This document shows, in pieces, positions 20,613 to 28,518 of a DNA stretch of 33,309 nucleotides. The DNA is from Candidatus Poribacteria bacterium (GTDB lineage Bacteria > Poribacteria > WGA-4E > UBA9662). Made by a program: the position numbers and the translations under genes. The notes beneath the pieces were generated by a model that was not told where the DNA came from, searched no databases, and saw nothing but the letters and a program-made list of their open reading frames with translations. The stretch lies in assembly GCA_036339735.1 (NCBI GenBank), contig JAYZAL010000075.1, positions 1 through 33,309 of the forward strand, written 5' to 3'. How positions within the stretch are numbered: position 1 is the stretch's first letter; each line of letters opens with the position of its first letter.

Positions 20613-21353
20613 TTATTTGGGGGCTAGCATCTTTCTAGAACCAGAATAAATAAACTGCTGAACGATTGGAGTTTCATTATTCATTATTTCTTGAGGCGTT
20701 CCTTCTGCTACTACTTTCCCCTCGTAAAGCATTGCCATCCGAGTACCAACAAAAAATGCGCTGTCCATATCATGAGTGACGATGACAGATGTAACTTTCA
20801 ACTTTTCGTGCAGATCAGACATCAGTTGGTTGATTTCGTCACAAGTTATCGGGTCCAAACCTGTGGTCGGTTCATCATAGAAAATAACTTCTGGATCTGC
20901 AGCGATCGCTCTGGCTAATCCTACTCTTTTTCTCATGCCGCCACTAATTTCAGCTGGCTTCAATTGCCCAACGTTGTGTAGATCTACTAGCTCTAATTTC
21001 TCTTTGGCGATTTGGTGAATATCTTTCCATCCATGGTGCTGGCGAAGTGTGAATCCAACGTTTTCTTCTACTGTCATAAAATCGAATAATGCAGCTGACT
21101 GAAATAACATACCGATTCTCTGCCTAATCGGAACTAGCTCTCTCTTGGACAGGCTCGATATTTCTTGGCCATCGAACCAGATCTCACCTTGGTCTGGTTT
21201 CAATAAGCCTGTTAACAATCGAAGTAAAACACTTTTCCCGCAACCACTTGGTCCCATTATAACGAGTGTTTCTCCACGCGGTATATGCAAATCAATTCCA
21301 TTTAGAACCCTGTTTTCACCGAAGCTTTTACATAGATTTTTTACCACAATCAT
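20613..21353 (-). CDS. mlaF: MlaF/Mkl-type ABC transporter ATPase
   Basis: GPSGCGKS, FQSAALFD, ISGGMRKRVGLARA, YDEPTTGLDP, VTHD. Confidence 0.92.
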   Translation of the reverse strand: MIVVKNLCKSFGENRVLNGIDLHIPRGETLVIMGPSGCGKSVLLRLLTGLLKPDQGEIWFDGQEISSLSKRELVPIRQRIGMLFQSAALFDFMTVEENVGFTLRQHHGWKDIHQIAKEKLELVDLHNVGQLKPAEISGGMRKRVGLARAIAADPEVIFYDEPTTGLDPITCDEINQLMSDLHEKLKVTSVIVTHDMDSAFFVGTRMAMLYEGKVVAEGTPQEIMNNETPIVQQFIYSGSRKMLAPK

Positions 21354-21377
21354 AAGATTTCTAAACCAAAGATTCTC

Positions 21378-22181
21378 TTATTTAAATCCTAGAATCGCAT
21401 ATAGTAGATGGTTCAGTAGGAAGTCGATGATTAAAATAATCATAATTGCAGTAACTGCAGATCCTGTGGTAGCACGGCCTACACCTTCAGCTCCATTATT
21501 AGAGGACACCGAAAATCCTTTATAGCAACCAACGATTGCGATTGATATACCAAAAGATACAGCCTTTACTACACTGACCACAATACTGCTCAGATACATA
21601 AAAGACTTCAGATTTTTCCAAAAAAAGTTGCCGTTCATATCAAATAATTTAATTACTACGTAGTAAGCACCACCAATACCGAAAGCAATAGAAAAAAGCG
21701 TCAGGGCCGGTAGCATGATTGAACAGGCTACCAAACGAGGAACAACCAGATATTTTACCGGGTCAACAGCCATTACTTCTAATGCGTCTATTTGTTCAGT
21801 AACCTTCATTGTTCCGAGTTCCGCAGTAATAGACGCTCCAATTCGACCAGCCATAACGAATGCTGGAACCACAAGGCCCAATTCTTTTATAATAGTAACA
21901 CTGACAAATCCACCAATAGTGCCCTCAGCTGAGAAAAGTTTAAGTTGATGATAACCTTGTGTCGCTACTAATAACCCCGTAAAGATACCAGTGAAAATAA
22001 CAACAGGCAAAGCTGTTACTCCAACTATATAGCATTGACGAAGAGTCATTTGAAATTGGTAAGGGGGTTGAAATGCTAGATTAACAGAAGTAAGTGTCAA
22101 TCGAGTAGCCTCACCTAAACCAGTGAAAAAGACAATCATCAATTGTCCTACTTTTTCAATTGGTTTAATCAAAGCAGACAA
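21378..22181 (-). CDS. mlaE: MlaE-family ABC transporter permease
   Basis: KELG..AGRIGASITAELGTMKVTEQIDALEVMAVDPVKYLVVPR, GAEGVGRATT. Start placed at TTG 22181 (GGGA upstream) to avoid overlap with dnaB; exact start uncertain. Confidence 0.92.
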   Translation of the reverse strand: MSALIKPIEKVGQLMIVFFTGLGEATRLTLTSVNLAFQPPYQFQMTLRQCYIVGVTALPVVIFTGIFTGLLVATQGYHQLKLFSAEGTIGGFVSVTIIKELGLVVPAFVMAGRIGASITAELGTMKVTEQIDALEVMAVDPVKYLVVPRLVACSIMLPALTLFSIAFGIGGAYYVVIKLFDMNGNFFWKNLKSFMYLSSIVVSVVKAVSFGISIAIVGCYKGFSVSSNNGAEGVGRATTGSAVTAIMIILIIDFLLNHLLYAILGFK

Positions 22182-22212
22182 AACATAATTCCCATTGTAA
22201 ATATGTGCGTTC

Positions 22213-23541
22213 TTAGTAACGAGTACAGTTGTCAAACCGCATCTGCTCAGCCACAAACTCGAGCTGAATCGTTCCTGTAGGACCACTACGGTGCTTTTTG
22301 ACCATTAGGTCTGCTATACCAGCTTCTTCGCTCTGTTCATTGTAATAGTCATCTCTGTACAGAAATGCCACTAGATCAGCATCCTGCTCAATTGAACCAG
22401 ATTCACGTAGATCAGACAGAACGGGTCTTTTGTCTGGCCTGCGCTCAACTTCTCGGCTTAATTGTGCGCAGGCAATTACCGTTAATTCTAACTCCACTGC
22501 TAAGCTCTTTAGAGATCGAGAGATCTCAGCAATTTCTTGCTCACGTGGTAAACTCTTGTTGGACCCACTAACTAGTTGTAAATAATCTACTGCTACCAAA
22601 CATAAATTGGGATGCTCACTTTTCAAACGACGAGCCTCGGATCGTAAGCGCTGTATAGTCAAACCCCATGTACAATTAAGAAAGATGGGAGCTTCCTCGA
22701 ATCGAGCTACAGCCTCTGCTACTAAATCCCAATGATTATCATTCAAATAACCGGATCGAATGCGAGAAAATTCGACACCAGCCTCGGCTGCTAACATTCT
22801 TAATGTTAGTTCTTTAGCTGGCATTTCCAAACTGAATATAGCTACAGATAGCTCTTTTTCAATGGCAATATTTTGAGCCACATTTAGTATGAAGGTAGAT
22901 TTTCCCATTCCAGGTCGAGCTGCAATAATATGTAAAGCACCTTTCTGTAAGCCAGAAGTCAAGATGTCAAAATCAACAAAACCAGTAGCTACACCTAAAA
23001 TGTCATCATCTCGATTGGCCGCAGCTAGAACATCTTGAAGTGCATCCCTTACAACAGAAGAAATCGCAACAAAACCTTCCTGCCGATTTTCGTAACTAAC
23101 TCGAAAAACAGCTTCCTGAATCTGGTCTTGAACTGTCTGAATTTCTTCTTCTTGATTTAACGCTAATTGTTGAATTTCTTTGCTCGCGACGACGAAACGA
23201 CGGCGAGTTGACTTTTCCTGAACAATTTGCGCATAAAATTCTGCACTCTCAGTTTCAACGATTCGGGCCTGTAAATCGTAGAGATATATATTACCGCCAG
23301 CTCGGTTGATTTGTTGCCCACGCTCTAACTCATGAGCCACTAGACCTGGCTCAGCATGACTATTTCGCTCGTAAGACGCCAAAATAGCACTGTAAATCAG
23401 CTGATGGTCAGTAGTGAAAAAAGCGTCGGGAGTTTCACCCAGAACCGGTGTTATCAGGGGGATTGTCGTAGCATCAGTCAGCATCGCCCCAAGAACAAAC
23501 TGCTCTGCTTGCCGATCATGAAGAGATTCTACCGATTGCAT
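22213..23541 (-). CDS. dnaB: Replicative DNA helicase
   Basis: AEQFVLGAML, IAARPGMGKS, FSLEM, VDYLQL, QLSR, SDLRESGSIEQDAD. 442 aa, no intein. Confidence 0.97.
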   Translation of the reverse strand: MQSVESLHDRQAEQFVLGAMLTDATTIPLITPVLGETPDAFFTTDHQLIYSAILASYERNSHAEPGLVAHELERGQQINRAGGNIYLYDLQARIVETESAEFYAQIVQEKSTRRRFVVASKEIQQLALNQEEEIQTVQDQIQEAVFRVSYENRQEGFVAISSVVRDALQDVLAAANRDDDILGVATGFVDFDILTSGLQKGALHIIAARPGMGKSTFILNVAQNIAIEKELSVAIFSLEMPAKELTLRMLAAEAGVEFSRIRSGYLNDNHWDLVAEAVARFEEAPIFLNCTWGLTIQRLRSEARRLKSEHPNLCLVAVDYLQLVSGSNKSLPREQEIAEISRSLKSLAVELELTVIACAQLSREVERRPDKRPVLSDLRESGSIEQDADLVAFLYRDDYYNEQSEEAGIADLMVKKHRSGPTGTIQLEFVAEQMRFDNCTRY

Positions 23542-23608
23542 GAAGGATATTCGCTTGATGGATGGGAGGGTGCCTCTGGTCTACTCCAAGGAAACAGGGC
23601 ACCCAATG

Positions 23609-23638
23609 ATTATCTATTCAAAGTGGGGTGATTGTCAA
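23609..23638 (-). promoter_or_regulatory. Putative sigma70 promoter for dnaB
   Basis: Minus strand TTGACA (23638-23633), 18-nt spacer, GATAAT (23614-23609) in the rplI-dnaB gap. Confidence 0.45.
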
Positions 23639-23671
23639 TTTCGCGATCCTAAGATGAAGGCTAATAGGAAT

Positions 23672-24121
23672 CTATTCTTCTTCACGAACGACAACGACCC
23701 TAAGGCTTGGAATGATGTCAGGGTAAAGGCTAATTGGAATCATAAAGATACCAAGTTCTTTGATTGGTTCGTCTAGATCGATTGACCGACGATCGACAAC
23801 TACGTTTTGTTCCTCTAACGAATTTGCAATATCTATGCTAGTTACTGAACCAAACAAACGATCTTCTTCTCCCGCGCGTCTGGCAAACTTACAAGTCAGT
23901 CCACTAATCACACCAGCCATCTCTCTAGCTGACTCTTTATTCTTCAGCTCTTTAGCCTCTAGAAGCCGTTTTTCATGCGCCAAGGCTTTCAGGTTTTGTG
24001 TGTTAACTTGTACTGCAAATCGATTAGGAATGAGATAATTGCGAGCATATCCGGCAGCAACATTACAAATTTCTCCAGTAGCCCCGAGACCTTCGACATC
24101 TTGACGTAAAATGATTTCCAT
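23672..24121 (-). CDS. rplI: 50S ribosomal protein L9
   Basis: MEIILRQDVEGLG..GYARNYLIP, RLFGSVT, PIKELG. Confidence 0.97.
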   Translation of the reverse strand: MEIILRQDVEGLGATGEICNVAAGYARNYLIPNRFAVQVNTQNLKALAHEKRLLEAKELKNKESAREMAGVISGLTCKFARRAGEEDRLFGSVTSIDIANSLEEQNVVVDRRSIDLDEPIKELGIFMIPISLYPDIIPSLRVVVVREEE

Positions 24122-24138
24122 CTTATTCTCTCTTTCTT

Positions 24139-24411
24139 TTAGTGATTAGAGAAGGGGAGTAATGCCATATTTCTAGCTCGCTTAATGGCACGAGTAACTT
24201 CTCTCTGCTGCTTAGCACTTAGGCGAGTAAATCGGCGCGGGAGGATTTTTCCCCGCTCTGAGATGAACTGTTGTAAAAGCTCAACGTCCTTATAGTCAAT
24301 TTCTTCCAAAGTAACTTTACGGCGACGACGTCTAAAAGGTCTTCGATTGTTATTGTACTGCGAACGTCCTTCTTGGCGCCGATCACGACTTGCTGGTCTA
24401 TCCTGATTCAT
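24139..24411 (-). CDS. rpsR: 30S ribosomal protein S18
   Basis: [44 protein letters not shown]. Confidence 0.97.
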   Translation of the reverse strand: MNQDRPASRDRRQEGRSQYNNNRRPFRRRRRKVTLEEIDYKDVELLQQFISERGKILPRRFTRLSAKQQREVTRAIKRARNMALLPFSNH

Positions 24412-24456
24412 ATAAATGTTCCAAAATCCTAAAAATATAATCTAGTGGGGTTAAAA

Positions 24457-24864
24457 CTAAAAGGGGATGTCATCATCTGTCGCTGACGATATCCCACCGC
24501 CAGTTCCACCATCGCTCTGGAATCCATCGTCTTGGCGAGAACCAACAAAACTAAAACGGTCCAAGGTAACAGAATGCTTCGATCTACGTTCGCCAGTGTC
24601 TGTATCCCACTGACGAAATCTAAGCTTACCTTCAACCAGAATCGGTTTGCCTTTGGAGAAATATTCATTGACTACTTCGCCTTGCCGTCCCCAAGCATCA
24701 ATGTCGACAAAACAAGTTTCATCTCTTTTCTCGCCAGTATTTTTATCGGTCCAGCTTTCGTTGACCGCTATTCCAAAATTAACGACCGACGCCCCACTGG
24801 GCAGAGTTCTCAACTCGGGATCCCGAGTTAAGTTCCCCATCAAGATAACTTTGTTGTAACTCAT
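24457..24864 (-). CDS. ssb: Single-stranded DNA-binding protein
   Basis: NKVILMGNLTRDPELR, KGKPILVEGKL, acidic tail DDDIPF. Confidence 0.97.
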   Translation of the reverse strand: MSYNKVILMGNLTRDPELRTLPSGASVVNFGIAVNESWTDKNTGEKRDETCFVDIDAWGRQGEVVNEYFSKGKPILVEGKLRFRQWDTDTGERRSKHSVTLDRFSFVGSRQDDGFQSDGGTGGGISSATDDDIPF

Positions 24865-24908
24865 GTTTACCTCTCTGTTGCTTGACGATTTTTGTTCATC
24901 ACTCGGGT

Positions 24909-25340
24909 TTAACTATCCTTTAACGCTTGATTTTCATCATCATCTTCGCTTGATGTTTCACTATCTCCCGTGGTCTGTCCAGTGGCAGAAGTTTCTTCTG
25001 CTGACGTTTCGTTCTGGCCTCTTTGGCTGGCAACAGTAACAAACTTTTCCAAATCGCCATTAAAAGTAAGCACGACATGCCTCATAATCATTTCAGTAAT
25101 TAAGAAATGGTTGTTCAATTTACTAACGAGATCCGGCGGTGCATCGAAAATTAAAAAGACATAGTACCCGTCTGAGTGTTTGTTGATAGCATAAGCCAAT
25201 CTCTTTTGGCCCCAGTGATCGGTGAGTAAGACGTTTCCACCACCATCTTGAATCAGCGTATTAATTCCTTCAGTCAGCTCCCCGATTTGACCAGCGTCAA
25301 GCGTAGGACTGACAATAAAAAGACTTTCGTACCTATTCAT
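24909..25340 (-). CDS. rpsF: 30S ribosomal protein S6
   Basis: YESLFIVSP, WGQKRLAYAI..GYY, acidic C-tail. First gene of the rpsF-ssb-rpsR-rplI operon. Confidence 0.96.
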   Translation of the reverse strand: MNRYESLFIVSPTLDAGQIGELTEGINTLIQDGGGNVLLTDHWGQKRLAYAINKHSDGYYVFLIFDAPPDLVSKLNNHFLITEMIMRHVVLTFNGDLEKFVTVASQRGQNETSAEETSATGQTTGDSETSSEDDDENQALKDS

Positions 25341-25348
25341 AATTCTAT

Positions 25349-25398
25349 CCTCCCTTTGGACTAGCGGCCCACTTTCCGGATTGGATGCGGGCAGAGAA
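25349..25398 (-). promoter_or_regulatory. S6:S18 ribosomal protein autoregulatory leader RNA
   Basis: Minus strand TTCTCTGCCCGC...GTGGGCCGCTAGTCCAAAGGGAGG. A CCC/GGG stem is followed by the CCG motif, and an outer pyrimidine tract pairs with the SD, matching the known S6:S18 leader before rpsF. Confidence 0.8.
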
Positions 25399-25404
25399 TC
25401 ACCT

Positions 25405-25434
25405 ATTTTATCATATTTATTTAGTTTTAATCAA
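25405..25434 (-). promoter_or_regulatory. Putative sigma70 promoter of rpsF operon
   Basis: Minus strand TTGATT, 18-nt spacer, TG-A-TAAAAT (extended -10), directly upstream of the S6:S18 leader. Confidence 0.6.
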
Positions 25435-25583
25435 GTCCAGTTATGCACTCTCGCAACTCCCAATCTGAAGAAAATCATTTCAAAAACAGCTAATCATCTT
25501 TACAAAAAAACAAATCCTTGATAGTCTAAATCGATTTGGTGAATCCAATCAAAACATCAATCAGAGAAAGAGAAAAGAACAGA

Positions 25584-27014
25584 ATGGGAAAATTTTTAGG
25601 CTTGGTCATGACTCCCCTAGACGTACAAGTCGAAGGGTTGAATGCTGTAATGGACCGAATAGAGTCAACAGGTGCTACAGCTATCAATTGCGGTCGGATT
25701 CTCAATCGACCTTCGACTGTAGGTGCTGGATTTCGAGCACCACCAATCGACATCGACGGATACGACCGAGTTTTTGATCGGCCCGTTTGGGGAAAGAGAG
25801 AACTGTACTTAGAAAGTTTCCGCAGCCAACAGCCAAACTTATCTTGGTATGCAGACACCTCCTACAAACCAACATGGAAAAAATTCCCATCAGACCTCGA
25901 TTCCAGTTTGCCTAACCAAATTTATGAATCGGCTCGAAGCCGAGATTGGAAGGTGTACACTTCTGTGACACCCTTGGCCGTGCCTGACCTTAAAGTAGAA
26001 GACCAAATGAAATGGATCAATGGACAAATCCCTGACCCAAACCGTCGAGTGGCAAATCAAGGGTGCCCCAGTTCACCTAATGTGAGAGCCTGGGCAATTG
26101 CTTGTGTGTTGGATGAAATCAGCCAGCAACCTACCCCCGATGGGGTGTGTCTAGATTGGGTCGAATACACGACCTATTTGCTTGAAGATCACTTCTCTTG
26201 TTTTAGCCTTCACTCCCAAGCACATATGAACAATCTTGGTTATGAAGCAAAAAGAATTAAGAGTGATGTACTATCCCTATGGCATCATTTTAATGACTTA
26301 ACCACTGAGCGTCTCGATCATATTAGCCAGATTCTAAATAGTCCATCCCGGATACTTGAACTTCTAGTCCGCTTCCCCGGCGTGTACGACTTTTTTCGCT
26401 TCAAGTCTGATGTGATTTCTGGATTATATCGCGATATTCGTTTGGCGATGGATCAATCGGGATTCGGTCATGTCGAATTGATTGCTAATGGATGGCCACC
26501 CCCTTTTAACCGTTCAAGTGGTATGAATTATGCTGAATTAGCCGGAATTGTAGATTCGGTTCGCCCGAAGTTATACACCTTCCACTGGTCGGCATTACCA
26601 CGCTGGTATGGTCAGGCACTAAAGAATTGGAATCCAAACCTAGTTGTTGCGTCTATCTTACAAGCTGTCAAAAGTTGGTTCAACCTGCCAGACTCAATTG
26701 ACCATCCGACTTGGTCTGATTATCATATTCCGGCACCAAATGACAAACACCCTGTCAGATTCAGGACCTTCAACGATCGTATTAACGAAGTAGCAAGTCA
26801 GGTTTCTGGCCGTGCGCCAGTTATCCCTCTCGCGCACGGATATGTGCCATTTGATCAGTGGAAGCGAACAGTATCTATAATTCGGGACAGCAATGCTGAT
26901 GGGATGTGGGTGCAGAGGTACTGCTATTTGTCTGATGAAAAGATTTTGGCTTTGGCCAATATCTGGAATGTTCAAGAATCTAATAATATCATGGCTGCTA
27001 GTTCATTTTTTTAA
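25584..27014 (+). CDS. Hypothetical protein, probable glycoside-hydrolase-like TIM barrel
   Basis: Long ORF, start set at ATG 25584 (MGKFLG). GCPSSPNVR..DGVCLDWVEY..FSCF and VRPKLYTFHW resemble GH-like TIM-barrel proteins of unknown function (inference). Confidence 0.55.
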   Translation: MGKFLGLVMTPLDVQVEGLNAVMDRIESTGATAINCGRILNRPSTVGAGFRAPPIDIDGYDRVFDRPVWGKRELYLESFRSQQPNLSWYADTSYKPTWKKFPSDLDSSLPNQIYESARSRDWKVYTSVTPLAVPDLKVEDQMKWINGQIPDPNRRVANQGCPSSPNVRAWAIACVLDEISQQPTPDGVCLDWVEYTTYLLEDHFSCFSLHSQAHMNNLGYEAKRIKSDVLSLWHHFNDLTTERLDHISQILNSPSRILELLVRFPGVYDFFRFKSDVISGLYRDIRLAMDQSGFGHVELIANGWPPPFNRSSGMNYAELAGIVDSVRPKLYTFHWSALPRWYGQALKNWNPNLVVASILQAVKSWFNLPDSIDHPTWSDYHIPAPNDKHPVRFRTFNDRINEVASQVSGRAPVIPLAHGYVPFDQWKRTVSIIRDSNADGMWVQRYCYLSDEKILALANIWNVQESNNIMAASSFF

Positions 27015-27100
27015 CACTGTCAATAACCAGATGGTAGTTGATTAATTAGAAGTTCAAAATTGCGCCGAATTTAGCATAACTGCTATAACTAAGAGTATTA

Positions 27101-27703
27101 ATGAAAAGAATAATTGTCGGTTTAACTGGGGCAAGCGGAACCGTGTACGGCATACGCTTGGTTGAAGTATTAGCTGACCAAACCAACTTTGAAGTACATT
27201 TAACTATCTCGCCAGCTGGTGCTAGATCATTATTAGAAGAAGTTGGCATAGATGTTGATATTGACAATTTCGAATTGTCTGATTTGATTGGTCGGGATGC
27301 AGACAACGTTATCTATCATAGCCCTAGCGATATCGGAGCTTCGATTGCTAGCGGATCTTTTAGAGCAGAAGGTATGGTAATTATTCCATGCAGTATGGGA
27401 ACTGTAGCTGCCGTAGCAACGGGACTGTCTCGTAACTTGTTACAAAGATCGGCCGATGTGTGCATGAAGGAACGGCGGAAATTAGTTCTGGTGGTCAGGG
27501 AAACACCATTTAGTACAATTCACTTAGAAAATATGCTTAAGTTGTCAAAAAACGGAGTGATAATTTTACCTGCGATGCCAGCTTTTTATCACTTCCCTGA
27601 CACCATTGATGACCAAATCAACTTTGTGGTTAGTAAAACCTTAGACCAGTTTGGAATTGAAGCCGGTCTCATTCGGCGTTGGAAAGAAAAAAACAGTACT
27701 TGA
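27101..27703 (+). CDS. ubiX: Flavin prenyltransferase UbiX
   Basis: IIVGLTGASG, ASIASGS, IIPCSMGT, KERRKLVLVVRETP, HLENML, PAMPAFY. Confidence 0.95.
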   Translation: MKRIIVGLTGASGTVYGIRLVEVLADQTNFEVHLTISPAGARSLLEEVGIDVDIDNFELSDLIGRDADNVIYHSPSDIGASIASGSFRAEGMVIIPCSMGTVAAVATGLSRNLLQRSADVCMKERRKLVLVVRETPFSTIHLENMLKLSKNGVIILPAMPAFYHFPDTIDDQINFVVSKTLDQFGIEAGLIRRWKEKNST

Positions 27704-27768
27704 CGAATTCGAAAGACCTAACCCAAAAGGAAATGGGTAGTCTAATCCTACCACATTTTGTGTTCATC

Positions 27769-28370
27769 CGGATTTTGGTTCTGTATTTTTGTCTTGAAAG
27801 AAAAGAAAGTATTGATTAGCCAAAAAGCCATTCTGTTACAAACGACACTTAGTATTACTCAATGAAATAGGATACAATAACTAAGCAAGATCGAAAATTA
27901 CTTCTCATTCGATCAGTAATTTTCTTTGTTTAGATCTGATTAATATGATGAAAAAGTGATTTTCAAGAACTAGTTCCCATTTTCAGTCAATGTTATTTTA
28001 ATTTTAATTCAAGGCCTACTTTTGCCCGGGTACAGACCTTGGCCTACGTTTTTGCTTGGTCTTAGGTCTTTCCTAGTGGAACCTAATTTAGGAAACATCC
28101 GTAACCAATTCCCTACAAACTAATTATCTAGACAGATGCAAATACCACCGGGTCTCGAGTTGGAATCAAAAAGGATTTTGATCCTGAGCTATGAAACTGT
28201 AATTATTGGTCTAACCTGTTGTTCAGCTAATCTGAGTAACTTGTGCTGATCGAATTTGTCTGCACGGTAATGTCGCAACTAATAAATTTGCTGTAATTGT
28301 AAAAAAGAACTCATCAATCATGCTTAGTATCTTTGGCTGATTGCAACTTGAAATCTTAAGTCTAATTCCG
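27769..28370 (+). ncRNA. Candidate large structured non-coding RNA of unknown family
   Basis: Lies in an ORF-free 815-bp gap. Nine or more collinear nested helices pair 27769-27880 with 28203-28370, enclosing about six hairpin domains. Many pairs are G-U on the + strand (see findings). Confidence 0.5.
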
Positions 28371-28431
28371 TATTGATTGATAATTAACAGTCATACTAAT
28401 AAGCTGTCCTATGATAAAAAGAGTGAAAAAA

Positions 28432-28440
28432 TGATATACT
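28432..28440 (+). promoter_or_regulatory. Extended -10 promoter element for the aldo-keto reductase gene
   Basis: TG-A-TATACT about 80 nt upstream of ATG 28519. Confidence 0.45.
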
Positions 28441-28518
28441 TTAGCCGGACTGTGGCGTGCGGATTTACGACTCTTAATTAAATTTTTAGTCTGGTAAAGA
28501 GGGTAGGGGGTAACTCCG

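Noticed and set aside
23356-24859. Several short alternative-frame or antisense ORFs over dnaB, rplI and ssb
   Set aside because: Shadow ORFs of well-supported housekeeping genes.
27714-27743. Hairpin AGAC..ACCCA/TGGGT..GTCT after ubiX as intrinsic terminator
   Set aside because: Interrupted stem and no immediately following U-tract.
28185-28214. GAGCTATG... as group II intron domain V
   Set aside because: Does not form the ~34-nt DV hairpin with GNRA loop and AC bulge; no domain VI or GTGCG 5' end seen.
28136-28249. 37-aa + strand ORF MQIPPGLELESKRILILSYETVIIGLTCCSANLSNLC inside the large gap
   Set aside because: No SD, no recognisable family, and it lies across helices of the predicted RNA. 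Cannot be excluded as a small peptide but is unsupported.
27704-28518. Gap as replication origin, CRISPR array or MITE
   Set aside because: No clustered TTATCCACA DnaA boxes, no regularly spaced repeats, and no clean terminal inverted repeats with target-site duplication. Arms are unequal in length and G-U-biased.
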